Positions 23,516-36,620 of a stretch of 64,000 bases of DNA are shown here, one piece after another. Positions within the stretch are counted from its first letter, which is position 1, and every line of letters starts with the position of its first letter. The DNA comes from Okamejei kenojei. Taxonomy: Eukaryota. Location: NCBI GenBank assembly GCA_035221665.1, contig CM069140.1, positions 28,768,001 through 28,832,000 of the forward strand, written 5' to 3'. Below the pieces are notes generated by a model, which was not told where the DNA came from, ran no database searches, and saw only the letters and a program-made list of their open reading frames with translations. Both the position numbers and the translations under genes were made by a program.

Positions 23516-24974
23516 CAACGTGACTAAAAGGGGCAAGATGGAGTAAGATAATATCTTGCATGGAGCACAGAATACATAATGTTTCCATAAATATGTCAGA
23601 AGCCAAATGTCAGTGAGGACAGACATAGGTACCGGGGATCGAGTGACAGAGGAACATATAAGTGGAAATAAAGAAATGGCAGACCAAGTGAATGCATGCT
23701 TTGGTTCTGGTTTCACAAACATAGATGCAAATAACCTTACAGATACATGAGGGAACCAAGGGTTCGGAGAGAGGGATGGAAATAAGAAAGCATGTGTGTG
23801 GGAGCAGCAAGCAGTGGGGAATGCAAATGGTCCATGGCGTTCATTGCAAGAGGGTTTGAGTCCCGGAGTTGGAAAGTCTGGCTCAGTCATTCAGGGCCTT
23901 GGTGAGGGATTGTCAGGATTCTACATGGCCTCCGCATCTGAGGAGGGATGTTCATGGCCTGGAGGGAGTTCAGCGAAGGTTCACCAGACTGATTGCTGAC
24001 ATTGCAGGACCAAAAAATGAGAGTGGATCAGTCTGGTTTCCATGGGATTTAGAAGAGTTAGCAGAACTGGTGCCTGTGAAACTTGAAAAGGACTGAATAG
24101 AGTCGATGCAAGGAGGATGTTCTCGACACCTGGGACATGCAGAGGCAGTGTTTACAGCTCTGGAAAGCTATGGAGGCAAGTCTTTGAATATACTCGAGAC
24201 AAATGACCAATACGCTGTCCATCCACTTCAAAGTACTGATGCCCTGAAGTTCAGAATAGGCCATTCACTAGGGTATTGCCACACCCCCAATCCTCGGCAT
24301 CAAGATATCGGGGGATATGGGGAGAAGGCAGGAACGGGGTACTGATTGGGGATGATCAGCCATGATCACATTGAATGGTGGTGCTGGCTTGAAGGGCCGA
24401 ATGGCCTTCTCCTGCACCTATTGTCTATTGTCTAACCTGAAATGTCACCTATCCATGCTCTCCGGAGATGTGCCTGACCCACTGAGGTAATGCAGCACTT
24501 TGTGTACAAAGCTAGCATGAGGTAAATGCAGGAGTTGGTCAGGCCTGGCCCACTGTTTAGTCAGATCATGGGTTATACTGGTGATAATCTCAACCGCCTA
24601 CCTCCTTGTATGAAAATGCTTCTTCCTTAAAAACATTCCACCATCCTTTGAGGAAGAGAGTTCCAAAAACAAACTACCTTGAGCAATGTTTTTTTTGTGT
24701 GGACAAGATATCAATAGCCACATAACGGTCTGGTCCCTCTATTGGCTGCTGTATATCAATGTAGTTTTCAACTTTTTAGAAGTGTTGGTATGGTCACAAA
24801 ATTTCATTGATCTTGAGAATTCACACCATCACACCATGGGTGGACCCTTATTTTTAAACTGTGACCCAAGGTTTAAAGATGACCCCTCATCCTCCTGCGC
24901 TCCATTTCCCTCCAAAGATGTGGCCTGGTCTGCTGAGTTCCTCCTTTTCACTTCAGACAAAATTTGGGGCCCAA

Positions 24975-25155
24975 AGATACACACAAAATGCTGCAGTAAC
25001 TCAGCGGGTAACTCAGTCTTTAGTCTGAAGAAGGGTCTCGACCTGAAACGTCACCTATTCATTTTCTCCAGAGATGCTGCCTGACCCACTGAGTTACTCC
25101 AACATCTTGTGTCTACCATCAGTGTAAACCAGCATCTGCAGTTCCTCCCTACACA
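24975..25155. mobile_element. Penelope pLTR-derived foldback element with hammerhead-like core
   Basis: agtctgaagaagggtctcgacctgaaacgtcacc at 25022-25055; degenerate flanking repeat aaa(a/cg)tttggg(g)cc. Confidence 0.8.
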
Positions 25156-26161
25156 AAAACGTTTGGGCCAGTCTGTTTGGCGGATTTGAATCTTCCACTT
25201 GCCGAAGGATAGCTTGGCCAAGCTCCCCGTGATTCCAGCTCCCTGTTCTGGGGGCTGCTAGTCCACAGTATGGCTCACACTCACACTGTGATCCAAGGCC
25301 GAGTTGATGGAGCAGAGTTATATCATCGGGAGAACATAATGCTTAAATTCCATCATCTGCAATGCTGCTATCCTGAGGTCCTTTAGTCTCAGAGTTACTA
25401 ATTGGCTATGTTGGGATTTATCCAGCATCTGTTGTTCTCAGGCTCTCAGTTCACACTGGGCATTTGGCAAGGACAAAGTTATTCACATAAAGAGGCTCTG
25501 CCATTCAAATCAGAGGTTCCGAGAAGGCTTTTGCAAGTGCAGGGATAATTATATGGGAATATAAGATACCATAAAGTGACAAGAGATTCTGTTCAGTTCT
25601 TGGGTTCATTGCACATGCCCTCACGGAGCTTCGAGCCGTGTTGTGTGGGGGAATGGGGTTTGGAAATAAAGGCTGTGGGGAATCCACACTGAACACACAT
25701 GTCCATCTCATGCAAATCCTCGCACGAGTCGTGAATTATCACCACAGTTGGCTGCCTGATAAAAATAACTGAAGATCTAACCGTAGGGGATAAACATTTA
25801 ACTACTTCCAAGACACAGATTCCAGGCGAACGAGACAGCCCTTTCTAAGCACTCTGTGACTTCCTGGTGGTTTATAATTAGAGAGGTTGTAATTAAGAAA
25901 TGTGTGATTATGCTGTTGACTCAAATTACTGGCAAGGCGGTGAACTTTATAAATAGTTGCTGCTGGCACTGACACTTGTCCGCTGGGAGTCTGTGGCAGA
26001 TATTTGGGTGTATATTCCTTCAAGGTTCCTGTAACCTCTTCTAGTCTCTCTGAATGTTGACTGATTGTCCTCACCTGAAATACCAAGAGGAACGATGCTC
26101 TCTACTTCAATACGCCCAACAAAACGTGGCGAGCAGTGCTTTGGATATTCATTCTAAAATT

Positions 26162-26450
26162 GGGGTGGCACGGTGGCGCAGCTGTAGAGTTGCTGCCTTA
26201 CTGCCACAGAGACCCGTGTTCCATCCTGACTGCAGGTGCTATCTGTACGGGGTTCGTACGTTCTCCCTGTGACCTGCGTGGGTTTTCTCCAGGTGCTCGG
26301 GTGTTCTCCCACATCCCAAAGAGTGTGCAGGTTTGTGGGTTAATTGGCCCCAGTGTGTAGGATAATGTTAGTGTACGAGGTGAGCGCTGGTCGGTGAGGA
26401 CTCGGTGGGCTGTTGCCGCACTGTATCTCTAAACTAAACTAAACTAAAGT
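26162..26450 (+). mobile_element. HE1-like V-SINE
   Basis: Full head and (taaac)n tail. Confidence 0.85.
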
Positions 26451-26604
26451 AATACGCATGCATTTTTAATACCGTCCTCTTGAGCATCTCTGTCTTAAAT
26501 TACCCCACTAGTGACAGCTGAGGCTGCAGCTGCCTTGCTTTAATTTCCCTTTAATGTCCGTCCTAAAACTCTGTCTCACAATCTCTGTTTACTCTTGGCC
26601 ATGC

Positions 26605-26900
26605 TTTAGTTTTATTTTTTCGTGTTAGAGATACAGCGTGGAAACAGGCCCTTCAGCCCACCGAGTCTGCTCCGACCAGCGTCCTGGCACACTAACACCA
26701 CCCTACACACATTAGGGACAATTTACAATTTTGCAGAAGCCAATTTCGTCTTTGGAGCGTGGGAGTGAACCGAAGTGTCTGGAGAAAACCCACGCAGGTC
26801 ACAGTGAGAACATACAAACTCCGTACAGATAACACCTGCAGTCAGGATCAAACCCGGGTCTGTGACTCTGTTATGCACAGCTCCACCACTGCGCCAGCAT
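26605..26900 (-). mobile_element. HE1-like V-SINE
   Basis: Tail-to-tail with the preceding copy. Confidence 0.8.
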
Positions 26901-27036
26901 GCGCCCTGTTTTTCTAAGAAACCTAATGCTCTTTGAGAGTTTTCCTGCAGTGCATGAAGGCGCAGTTTGAGCAGAAACAAACAAAGTTAAAGGCTTGCAT
27001 TTCAACTAGCCCCACAGGGGATAGATAGCCAAATGA

Positions 27037-27270
27037 CCCAGAGAGTTGTGAATCTGTGGGCTTCTCTGCCACCGAAGGCAGTGGAGGCCAATTCACTGGA
27101 TAATTTCAGGAGAGAGTTAGATTTAGCTCTTAGGGCTAAAGGGATATGGGGGAAAAAGCAGGAACGGGATACTGATTTTAGATGATCAGCCATGATCATA
27201 TTCAATGGCGGTGCTGGCTCGAAGGGCCGAATGGTCTACTCCTGCACCAATTTTTCTATGTTTTTCTATG
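27037..27270 (+). mobile_element. CR1 LINE 3' end
   Basis: TQRVVNL remnant, gaagggccgaatgg hairpin, (tttctatg)n tail. Confidence 0.85.
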
Positions 27271-28662
27271 ACCTTTCTATGATGTTCAGCTTCAAGCATT
27301 TCTTCAGTGGGATGAACGACGTCCTTCCTGCAGTGCCAGACGTGCACTGACCAAGCAGTCCCTGGTCCGACATAGAAACTCCGTTCTCAATCGTTGCATT
27401 GGTAGTTCATCAGTCTCCTGACAGGCAGTCTCTCTAGTTTAACTGGTCAATTAGTCACCCCTTGAAGACAAACCTCCCTGGATTAACTCATCAATTGGTA
27501 ATCCTCCTGGGTTACAAACCTTGCACGAGTCAATGACTAACCTAAAGGACTGACCAGTCAATTAGTGAACATTGTCAAGACTAATCCCTCTGGATAAATG
27601 AGGCAATTGGCCTAATGCTGACACCACTGCAAGGAAAGTGCATCCATCTCAATTAATGGAAGGTCACCATGAGTCAAATAGAGCCTACCCTTGTTATCAG
27701 GGACCTCATTAGAACAGATTTTGGTTATAGTGGACAGACCCACCGCCCTTCACCCCCAGTCCGCATCCACGGCCACTTCCAGGCAGGACTGCGACACCAT
27801 TGCCACTTGCCTGCGCTCTGGCCGCCCGCAGGCCACGACCAGTGCCCTGCCCATCCTCACCTCTCCCTCCCGGCTGCCAGCAGCCCAGGGCTGGTAACGC
27901 ACATGGATTCCAGGCCCAGCTCCAGACTGAACAAGTGTCTCCTCTCCATGTTCTCCAGAGATGCTGCTTGCCTGACATACTCCAGCACTTTGAGTCCATT
28001 TTTGTATTAACCCAGCATCTGCAGTTCCTTGTTTCTGCTACTTATACAGTGGTAATGTCCTACTCTGCTATAGTGGACAATTGGTGATAACGGACACCAT
28101 TCCCAGCTCCGTTCAGTTCAATTTGGTTTATTGTCATGAAGCAGCTTTTGTTGCGTGCTATCCAGTCAGCAGAAAGACAATACATGATTACAATCGAGCC
28201 ATTTACAGTGTGTAGATGGAAACGTGACAAGGGAATAACATTTAGTGCATTCTCCTTCACACGATCCATTATACCACTCCTTTGAAAGAAAATGTAATTC
28301 TCCCAAACCTGGGTGGCACAGTACAATTCCTCAATACTCTCATTGCTCTGCAATCCAAGATCGCCTTCAGCTGGTGTAAGTTGTGCCAGCAGTGAAATTG
28401 GACTGGATGAAACTGGTGCCATGCTTGATATTCCAATGCTAGCTAGTTTAGTTTAGTGTAGGTTATTTATTGCCACGTGTACCGAGGTACGGACCCTTTC
28501 CCATGCAGGGCAGGAGGTAGCTGATGGTCAGATAGCTTATCATTTATTGGGGCACTCCTGGTACTGTTAACATGATGGAGCCTTGTGTGGTCCGAATGTG
28601 CAGACACAAGTTTCCCCACAACGACCAGTGATCCCCGCACACTAGCGCTATACTACACACAT

Positions 28663-28990
28663 GGGCAGCCACGGTGGCGCAGCGGTAGAGTTGCTGCCTT
28701 ACTGCGCTTGCAGCGCCGGAGACCCGGGTTCAATCCCGACCACGGGTGCTGTCTGTACGGAGTTTGTACGTTCTCCCTGTCATGGCGTGGATTTTCTCTG
28801 AGATCTTAGTTTTCCTCCCACACTCCAAAGACGTGCATGTTTGTAGGTTAATTGGCTTGGTGTATGTGTAAATTGTCCCTGGTGTGTGTAGGATAGTGTT
28901 AATGTGCGGGGATCACTTGTCAGTGCGGACTCGGTGGGCTGAAGGGCCTGTTTCCGTGCTGTATCTCCAAACTAAACTAAACTAAACTAA
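28663..28990 (+). mobile_element. Young full-length HE1-like V-SINE nested in an older minus-strand copy (about 28610-29165)
   Basis: A box tggcgcagcgg, B box ggttcaatcc, (taaac)n tail; host SINE resumes at acactacggacaattt. Confidence 0.9.
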
Positions 28991-29706
28991 ACACTACGGA
29001 CAATTTATAATTTTACCAAGCCAATTCGCTTACACATCTTTGGAGTGTGGGAGGAAACCGGAGCAGGTCACAGGGCGAACGTACAAACTCCATACAGTCA
29101 GCACCCGTAGCCAGGATCGAATCTAGATCTCTGGCCCTATACAACATCGACATCACTGTGCCGCCATAAGCAAGGTTTGGCTCAGCCTTGGGTCCTGACA
29201 CTGCACAATGTGAAATTGCCATTAGATTTGGTGTGAGGAGGTGGTCCTTGCAAGCCAAAGTCAACCTGAGGAACCGTTCACCGGGTCTTGGAACAGATGC
29301 TGTTAATTGGATCCCTTCAAGTATGAGTTGCATCTCATACCAGAGGTGGGTGCAGCACCACGTTCTCAGGCAGAGTGGTTTTAATCCCCAGGGCAAGTGA
29401 GGACCATTAGAGGCATGGAATCATACAAGACTCCAACAGGCCCACCATGACCACCAGTAAGCACCATTTTCACCAATCCTGCACTAATCTCATTTTATTC
29501 TCCAAAAAACTCTGCTGTTCATCCACACTTGGGCCAATTGACGGTGGCCAAGTAACCTCTCAATCCGACCAACAGAGATGAATGCAGTAGATTTTTTTTT
29601 CCCTAATCAGCAGGAATGTTTTTAGGTCTTGAGTTGTACCAGGGGTTTTTCTGCCTTCCTGTTAGTGGAGAGGAAACATGCATGGTGAGGTGAGAGCGAT
29701 GAGGTC

Positions 29707-31582
29707 TGATGAGGCCAGACACCGGGCATTCATGTCTGATGATACAGTGGTCTACACAAAGTCCAGATACGACCTTGCTAAGGCCATCAAAAAGGCCAAA
29801 AGGGAGTTCTGCTCCAAACTGGAGGATGAGACAGATGTTCGGCAGCTGTGGCAGGGACTGAATGCAATCACCTCCTACAAGGCGAAACCAGGAGGCAGCT
29901 CGGATGTCGGTGATGCATCACTCCCTGACGAGCTCAATGCGTTTTACGCACGCTTTGATAGGGAGAACACCGATGTGCCTTCCCGAGCCCCCATTCGCTG
30001 TGATGGTATTTCAGTCTCAGTCACAGAGGCCGACGTCAGGAAATCCTTCAGAGGGGTGAACCCTCGAAAAGCGTCTGGACCTGATGGCATACCTGGTCGT
30101 GTTTTAAAAACCTGTGCGGACCAACTGGCTGGAGTTTTTACGGACATTTTCAACCTGTCACTTCTGAGGTCTGAGGTTCCCACCTGCCTCAAAAGGGCAT
30201 CAATAATACCAGTGCCCAAGAAGAGCAAGGTGACGTGCCTCAACGACTATCGACCTGCGCCTCTAATGCCTGTGGTGATGAAGTGCTTCGAGAGGTTGAT
30301 CATGGCGCAAATCAACTCCTACCTCGACAAAAACCTGGACCCTCTGCAGTTCACTTACCGCCACAACAGATCAACGGTGAATGCGATCTCGCTGGCCCTC
30401 CACTCCGCTCTGGACCACTTGGGCAACAAAAACTCATATGTCAGGCTGTTATTCATTGACTACCGCTCGGCATTTAACACAATCATCCCCTCCAAGCTGG
30501 TTACCAAACTCGCAGAACTGGGTCTCTGCGCATCCCTCTGCAATTGGATCCTCGACTTCCTCATTCACAGACCACAGTCTGTTCGTATTGGTGGAAATGT
30601 GTCAGACTCGATAACAATCAGCACGGGAGCACCTCAAGGCTGCGTGCTCAGCCCCTGCTGTACTCACTGTATACTCATGACTGCGTAGCCGGTCACAGTG
30701 CGAACTCCATCATCAAGTTCGCTGACGACACCACTGTAGTGGGACATATCACTGATGGGGAATCGGAGTATGAGAGAGATCGAGCGACTGTCCATATGGT
30801 GCCAGCACAACAACCTGGCCCTCAACACCAGCAAAACCAAGGAACTGATTGTGGACTTTGGAAGGAGTAGGATGGGGACCCACAGTCCTGTTTATATCAA
30901 CGGGTCGATGGTTGAAAGGGTCAAGAGCTTCAAATTCCTGGGCGTGCACATCTGTGAAGATCTTTCCTGGTCCGAGAACACAGATGCAATTATTAAGAAA
31001 GCTCATCTGCGCCTCTACTTCCTGAGAAGATTACGGAGAGTCGGTCTGTCAAGGAGGACTCTCTCTAACTTCTACAGGTGCACAGTAGAGAGCTTGCTGA
31101 CTGGTTGCATCATGGCTTGGTTCGGCAACTTGAGTGCCCTGGAGAGGAAAAGACTACAAAAAGTAGTAAACACTGCCCAGTCCATCATCGGCTCTGACCT
31201 TCCTTCCATCGAGGGGATCTACCACAGTCGCTGCCTCAAAAAGGCTGGCAGCATCATCAAGGACCCACACCACCCTGGCCACACGCTCATCTCCCTGCTA
31301 CCTTTGGGTAGAAGGTACAGGAGCCTGAGAACTGCAACGACCCGGTTCAGGAATAGCTACTTCCCCACAGCCATCAGGCTATTAAACCTGGCTCGGACAA
31401 AACTCTGAACATTAATACCCCTCCATCTGTTATTTGCACTTTATTAATTTATTAATTAATGTGTGTATTTAAGTATATAACTGTAGTCAATGCCTACTAT
31501 GTTCTGTTGTGCTATGCAAAGAAAGAATGTCATTGTCCTGTCAGGGACACATGACAATAAACTCTTTTGACTTTGACTTTGA
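29707..31582 (+). mobile_element. Rex1/Babar LINE, 5'-truncated, RT disrupted by two frameshifts
   Basis: KASGPDGI, DYRP, LQFTYR, LFIDYRSAFNTI, GAPQGCVLSP, KFADDTTVVG, FKFLGVHI; frameshifts near 30655 and 30765; (ctttga)n tail. Confidence 0.95.
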
Positions 31583-32596
31583 TAGACCTGCAAGTGTTTC
31601 CCAGGTGTTTCCCAGTTTATAAGGTGGATGGGTAGCCAAGAGTTTGGCGACAATGGTTTTATTGGACACATGCAACAAAGGAGTTAAAATTCAGCATGAA
31701 AATTGCTGAACAGATCTTAAATACTCCATCAGAGGGAGGCTGCCTGTTTCCTGGTACAGATATTCCTAAGATGTGAACAGGAATGAATCCCACTTTTGTC
31801 CAGGTGATTGGCTTGTGTGCGCTGCCACCATTGCAATTAGGAAGATGAAGAAACACCAACAAAACCCGTTCGTTGTCTTTCCCTATTGTGAAGCTCACTG
31901 AAGCCTAATCCTAGCCTCACCGATTCGGAATCCTGTGTGCAACTGACAGCCAAACTCTAAACTCATTCTGAGAAGGTTACAGACTTAAATAAAGTATAAG
32001 CCCGCATTAATTTTTAATATCTTCATAAGTTGATGATTAATCTCACTTGAAAGCAAACCTTGCAGGAAGCTGAGTGGATTTGACAGCTGTGCATGGGAAG
32101 TCTTGGAGTCTGTGTGGAATTGCGATGAGTTTCAATGTAGAAATCAACAAATACCAGCAGCTACGAGTAAACACCAGCTTGGAGTGAATTTGCTGTGAAT
32201 TAACCCACCCATGCTCCACGCACTCATGCACGGCTTTCCCGATGGTGCAGAGGTCTTCCCGAGGTTCTGTGGTGCCCTCCCGGGAGACCTGAACCCTCTG
32301 CGGACTGCGGAACCCGCCTGAAGGCTCAGCTGATCAAGGAGGAACTAGGAATCTGCCCGGAGGACCTGAAGGCTCATCGGACCATGGTACTGGGAGGGAG
32401 CCGCTGGAGATGTCTGACGTGAAGAGCAGGGGTCAGTAGGTGGGTGAACCGGGCTAATGCCTCCAGCGCCTTCAAGACCAGCTGCAGGAGGTGCCCCGGG
32501 GCACTAAGATGGCTGGACGAGGAATGGACCTCATTTTCAGGCCGATCCGGCAGAAGTAGTCGGAGGAAGGCCCTGCAGGTGCCTGGGGCTCACCTA

Positions 32597-32952
32597 GAGT
32601 CATAGAATGATATAATGTGGAAACAGGCCCTTCTGCCCAACCTGCCCACACTGTCCCAACAATGTCCCAGCTACACTAGCCCCACTTGCCTGCGCTTGGT
32701 CCATATCCCTCTAAATCTGTCCTATCCATGTACCTGTCTAACTGTTTCTTAAACGGTAGGATAATCCCAGCCTCAACTACCTCCTCTGGATGCTTGTTCC
32801 ATACACCCACCACCATTTGTGTGAAAAAGTTACCCCTCGGATCCCTATTAAATCTTTTCCCCCTCACCTTGAATCTATGTCCTCTGGTCCTCGATTCCCC
32901 GACACTCGGCATGAGACTCTGACCATCTACCCGATCTATTCCTCTCATGATT
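32597..32952 (-). mobile_element. CR1 LINE 3' fragment, fused to a V-SINE 5' half (32955-33115)
   Basis: KIMRGIDRVD...TRGHRFK...FFTQMVVGVWN. Confidence 0.85.
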
Positions 32953-33509
32953 TTGCACACACAAACCCGCACGTCTTTGGGATGTGGGAGGAAACGTATA
33001 CGGTTACGGGGAGAACGTGCAAACTCCACGCAGACAGCACCAGCGGGCAGGATCGAACCCAGGTCCCTGGCGTTGCGAGGCAGCAACTCCACTGCTGCGC
33101 CAGCGTGCCGCCCTTACCTGGATATGGAACTGCTCCAAGCGCGTGGGTGAACCGCCCTTTAGATTTATGGAAATGGCACAAACATGCGTAAATATGCAAA
33201 CATAACTTCACTGTGCAGTTGCACATGTGACGAATAAAGCATCATTGAGCCACCATTGAACCATGGTGAATTTTGGTTCCCTGTTTTTCCTCAGTGGTTC
33301 TGTAGTGGAGGCTCCTTTCATTGTTTCATTGAGGTTAACCAATTCAGGAAGATGGCTGGTATCACCTTGCTGGTATCTCCTTGGAAATTGGGGAATGGAA
33401 AAATGGGAGTTGGTACTGGCAGATGTGAAGGACACCATTTGAGCTCTACTTGGGAAGAAGGAGGAATAGACGTTGCTGATGGGAAGAGTGGTGAAAATAA
33501 AGGACGCTA

Positions 33510-34520
33510 CTAATGGGTAGCTGGAAGAGTGTAACTGGAGCTAGTGCTGGGAAAGGGAGTAGCAAGTCACGAGGAATAGGCAGAGGAGACATAGATAATA
33601 GGAAGAATGGTGAGTGTAGAGGGATTTGTTAAACACAATATGATGGAGTAACTTAGCGGTTCAAACAGTATCTCCGAAGAAAACACTTCTGGTCAGAACC
33701 CTTCTTCAAGGAAATAAGATTTCATAATATGGACAGGTTTTATAGAAGCTGGTAATATGGAGTTGATGTATTGATCTGGGAAAAGGGTATAATGTGAGTG
33801 TAATGGGAGCATAATAGAAATGGGGTGAGTGTAGAGGAAGCTTGTAATGTATTTGAAATGATTGTATTGGTTTCTGATAAACAGCAAATAATGAATGCAA
33901 TGTGTGTTGAAACTGAGCATGGGGTGAATTAATGGGAATTGTAATGCATACATTTAATTAGCAAACTGTAATTGTAATAGAAACATATAAAATTCTTAGA
34001 GGATTGGACAGGGTAAATGCAGGAAAAATGTTCCCGATGTTGGGAGAGTCCCAGAACCAGGGGCCTGGGGCTCACCTAGAGTCATAGTCATAGAATGATA
34101 CAGTTTAAGAATAAGGGGTAGGCCATTTAGGACTGAGATGAGGAAAACTTTTTCACACAGAGAATTGTGAATCATTCCCTGCCACAGAAAGCAGTGGTGG
34201 CCAATTCACTGGATGTATTCAAGAGAGATGGCTAAAGGAATCAAGGGATATGGGGAAATTGCCAGAATGAGGTACTGATTCTGGATGATCAGCCATGATC
34301 ATATTGAATGACGGGGCTGGCTTGAAGGGCCGAATGGCCTACTCCTGCACCTATTTTTTATATTTCTAGGTAATGGGAGACAGTAATGGGGACTGAGAAT
34401 AGTCATGGTATTAATGTATTGGATCCTGGTTTTGGGCATAAGGTGAGTGTAATACAAGTTTGTAATGGGTATTGGGTGAGTGTAACTGAAGCTGGATGGG
34501 TAGTGGGATTTGTTAATGGC
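33510..34520 (+). repeat. Degenerate ~33-bp minisatellite split by a CR1 tail (33980-34368)
   Basis: Units such as tgagtgtagaggaagcttgtaatgtatttgaaa and tgagtgtaatacaagtttgtaatgggtattggg, each 33 nt. Confidence 0.6.
33980..34368 (+). mobile_element. CR1 LINE 3' fragment
   Basis: ETYKILRGLDRV...; gaagggccgaatggcct tail. Confidence 0.85.
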
Positions 34521-36146
34521 TCAGATACAGTGTGGAAGGAGTGCTAGACCAGTCTGGATAATCTTTGCTGCACCCCTTCTATATCAAATGTACTCTTCCT
34601 TGGGACAGGAGACTGTATGTAATGTAAAGCAGGTATGGTTTAATTTAGACGCCTGTAATTGTAACTAATATCTCCACTCCATTCTAAAACCATCGACTAA
34701 CAAATACCAGTACACCACCTGAAGTGGAAGCAAGTCATGCTCATTCTCAGGGAACTGACCGCGAACATTTCACCAGGAGAAAAAAGTAAAAATGGTCAAT
34801 GGCTGAGGCGACACAGTGGCGCAGCGGCAGTTGCCGAAGGTCAAAAAGTGCCCCAACAGCGCCACCAACTGGCAGGACCCGGCACAGGGCCGAGCGATGC
34901 GGAGAATCACTGTTCACAACCGAGCCACGTTCCATGAAGAAGATCGACAGGTTGCAAAACACAAGCACCAGCCATGGGAGGAGAGGCCCCCAAGGAAGGC
35001 CCAACCACACCCCGGCACAAACACTCACATATCTATGCCACACTGCAATCAGGAGCATCTCCCTCTTCCCCCCACCCCCATCTCCCTTATAAGGGATAGG
35101 AATAGAATGAGACCTTTTGGCCCCTCGTCTACTCCGCCATTCAATCATGGCTGATCTATCTCTGCCTCCTAACCCCATTCTACTGCCTTCTCCCCATAGC
35201 CCCTGACACCTGTCGATGAGCAACAGCTGAGCTCCTCAGCCCCCCTCAGGTGAGCATCCTCACTCTCCCAGTCTCACCTTAGTGGGGGGGAAACCCCTCC
35301 CTTCCCCCACTACTCTCCCCTCAGGTACGATCCCTCGCTCCCTCACCCCCCCTCGCCTCACGTGAGACACCCCCCTCTGCATCCTCCCCTCCCTCCATCC
35401 CTCCCCGGAAGAGTCCCTTCCCTTCCTTCCATTCCTCCTTCACTCCTCCCTGGCCCACAGTGCAGAAGATTGAACACCATTATCCACTTCAAGTGTAAAC
35501 ACAGTAGATGCACGCCTCATTCACTGTCAATAAACTCAGAATGGGACCAAAAAAAGCTGGGGACCATTTACATTTTGACCCACTCACTCACATTTTGTTG
35601 CCCAAACATATAAAATGTAGTTGCTTTTGAAGAACAGCCTGCTTAAATCCCATCTGTTCAGTCGACTGTGGAGCACTCAATACTTAGCCGGAACAATAAC
35701 CAAGAATATTGCATTATTTATAGTAGCAGATCTTTTATTAACACTAAATTTCTTATCCCATCTGCTCTCTAATTGTCTCGATATTCCAGCTCCCAGCCCG
35801 TGCAGTGTTCGCTACTGATGAAGCCCTGTGGACGAGATGACGTTGATTTTGATGAATAATTACCAAATTTATGCTTGTTACTTCTTTAAGAATGGTGTCA
35901 TGTGACTAATAGCTTTCTCGGCTGCAACCTTTTTATAGAAAGTTTGTAAAAAGCAGCCTTGAATAAAGAAGGCATGCCTTACCTCTCATGTCTGCACGAT
36001 TTACAAATGGAGCTCACCGGCTACCCATGTCCTTCATGGACTTCAATCCACTCTCAGCTTGATTGTATTCAGGTACAGTATCATCTGATTGGATTGGGTC
36101 GCACGCAAGCAAAGGTTTTCACTTTGTCTCAGCACACAAGACAATA

Positions 36147-36450
36147 GGGTGGCACGGTGGCAAAGCAGTAGCGTTGCTGCCTCCCAGCGCCAGTAGGCCC
36201 GGGTTCGATCCTGATTACGGGTGCTGTCGGTACGGAGTTTGTACGTTCTCCCTGTGACCAGATGGGCTTTCTCCGAGATCTTCGGTTTCCTCCCACACTC
36301 CAAAGACGTACAGGTTTGTGGGTTAATTGGCTTGGTATAAATGTAAATTGTCCCTAGTGTGTGTAGGATAGTGTTAATGTGTGGGGATAGCTGGTCGGTA
36401 CGAACTCGGTGGGCCAAAGGGCCTGTTTCCGTGCTGTATCTCTAAACTGA
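36147..36450 (+). mobile_element. Young full-length HE1-like V-SINE
   Basis: B box gggttcgatcc intact, CpGs retained. Confidence 0.9.
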
Positions 36451-36489
36451 AAAGAAAAAAGTAATAATCCAATATCAGTATCAGTATCT

Positions 36490-36620
36490 CTGTCTCCATT
36501 GCATTTGTTCCAATGATGAGACTTCCTACACAGGATACTTCAGGAATCTCGTGCTTCTCCCAGGACTGTGGCTTCCCTTTTATTACAGTAGACAGAGCCT
36601 TCGACCACATCTCCATATTC
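36490..36620 (+). mobile_element. Old Penelope-like ORF fragment
   Basis: Degenerate LHCICSNDE...GFPFITVDRAFDHIS, resembling the PLE RT/endonuclease linker. Confidence 0.45.

Noticed and set aside
28663-28740. tRNA genes at SINE heads
   Set aside because: A/B boxes run directly into V-SINE bodies; no complete cloverleaf with terminator
29678-31408. Functional reverse transcriptase gene
   Set aside because: 5'-truncated, lacks the endonuclease, two frameshifts; the ATG at 29678 lies in flanking DNA
34859-34872. Second CTCF-like motif
   Set aside because: One core mismatch and a single short match; not supportable without binding data
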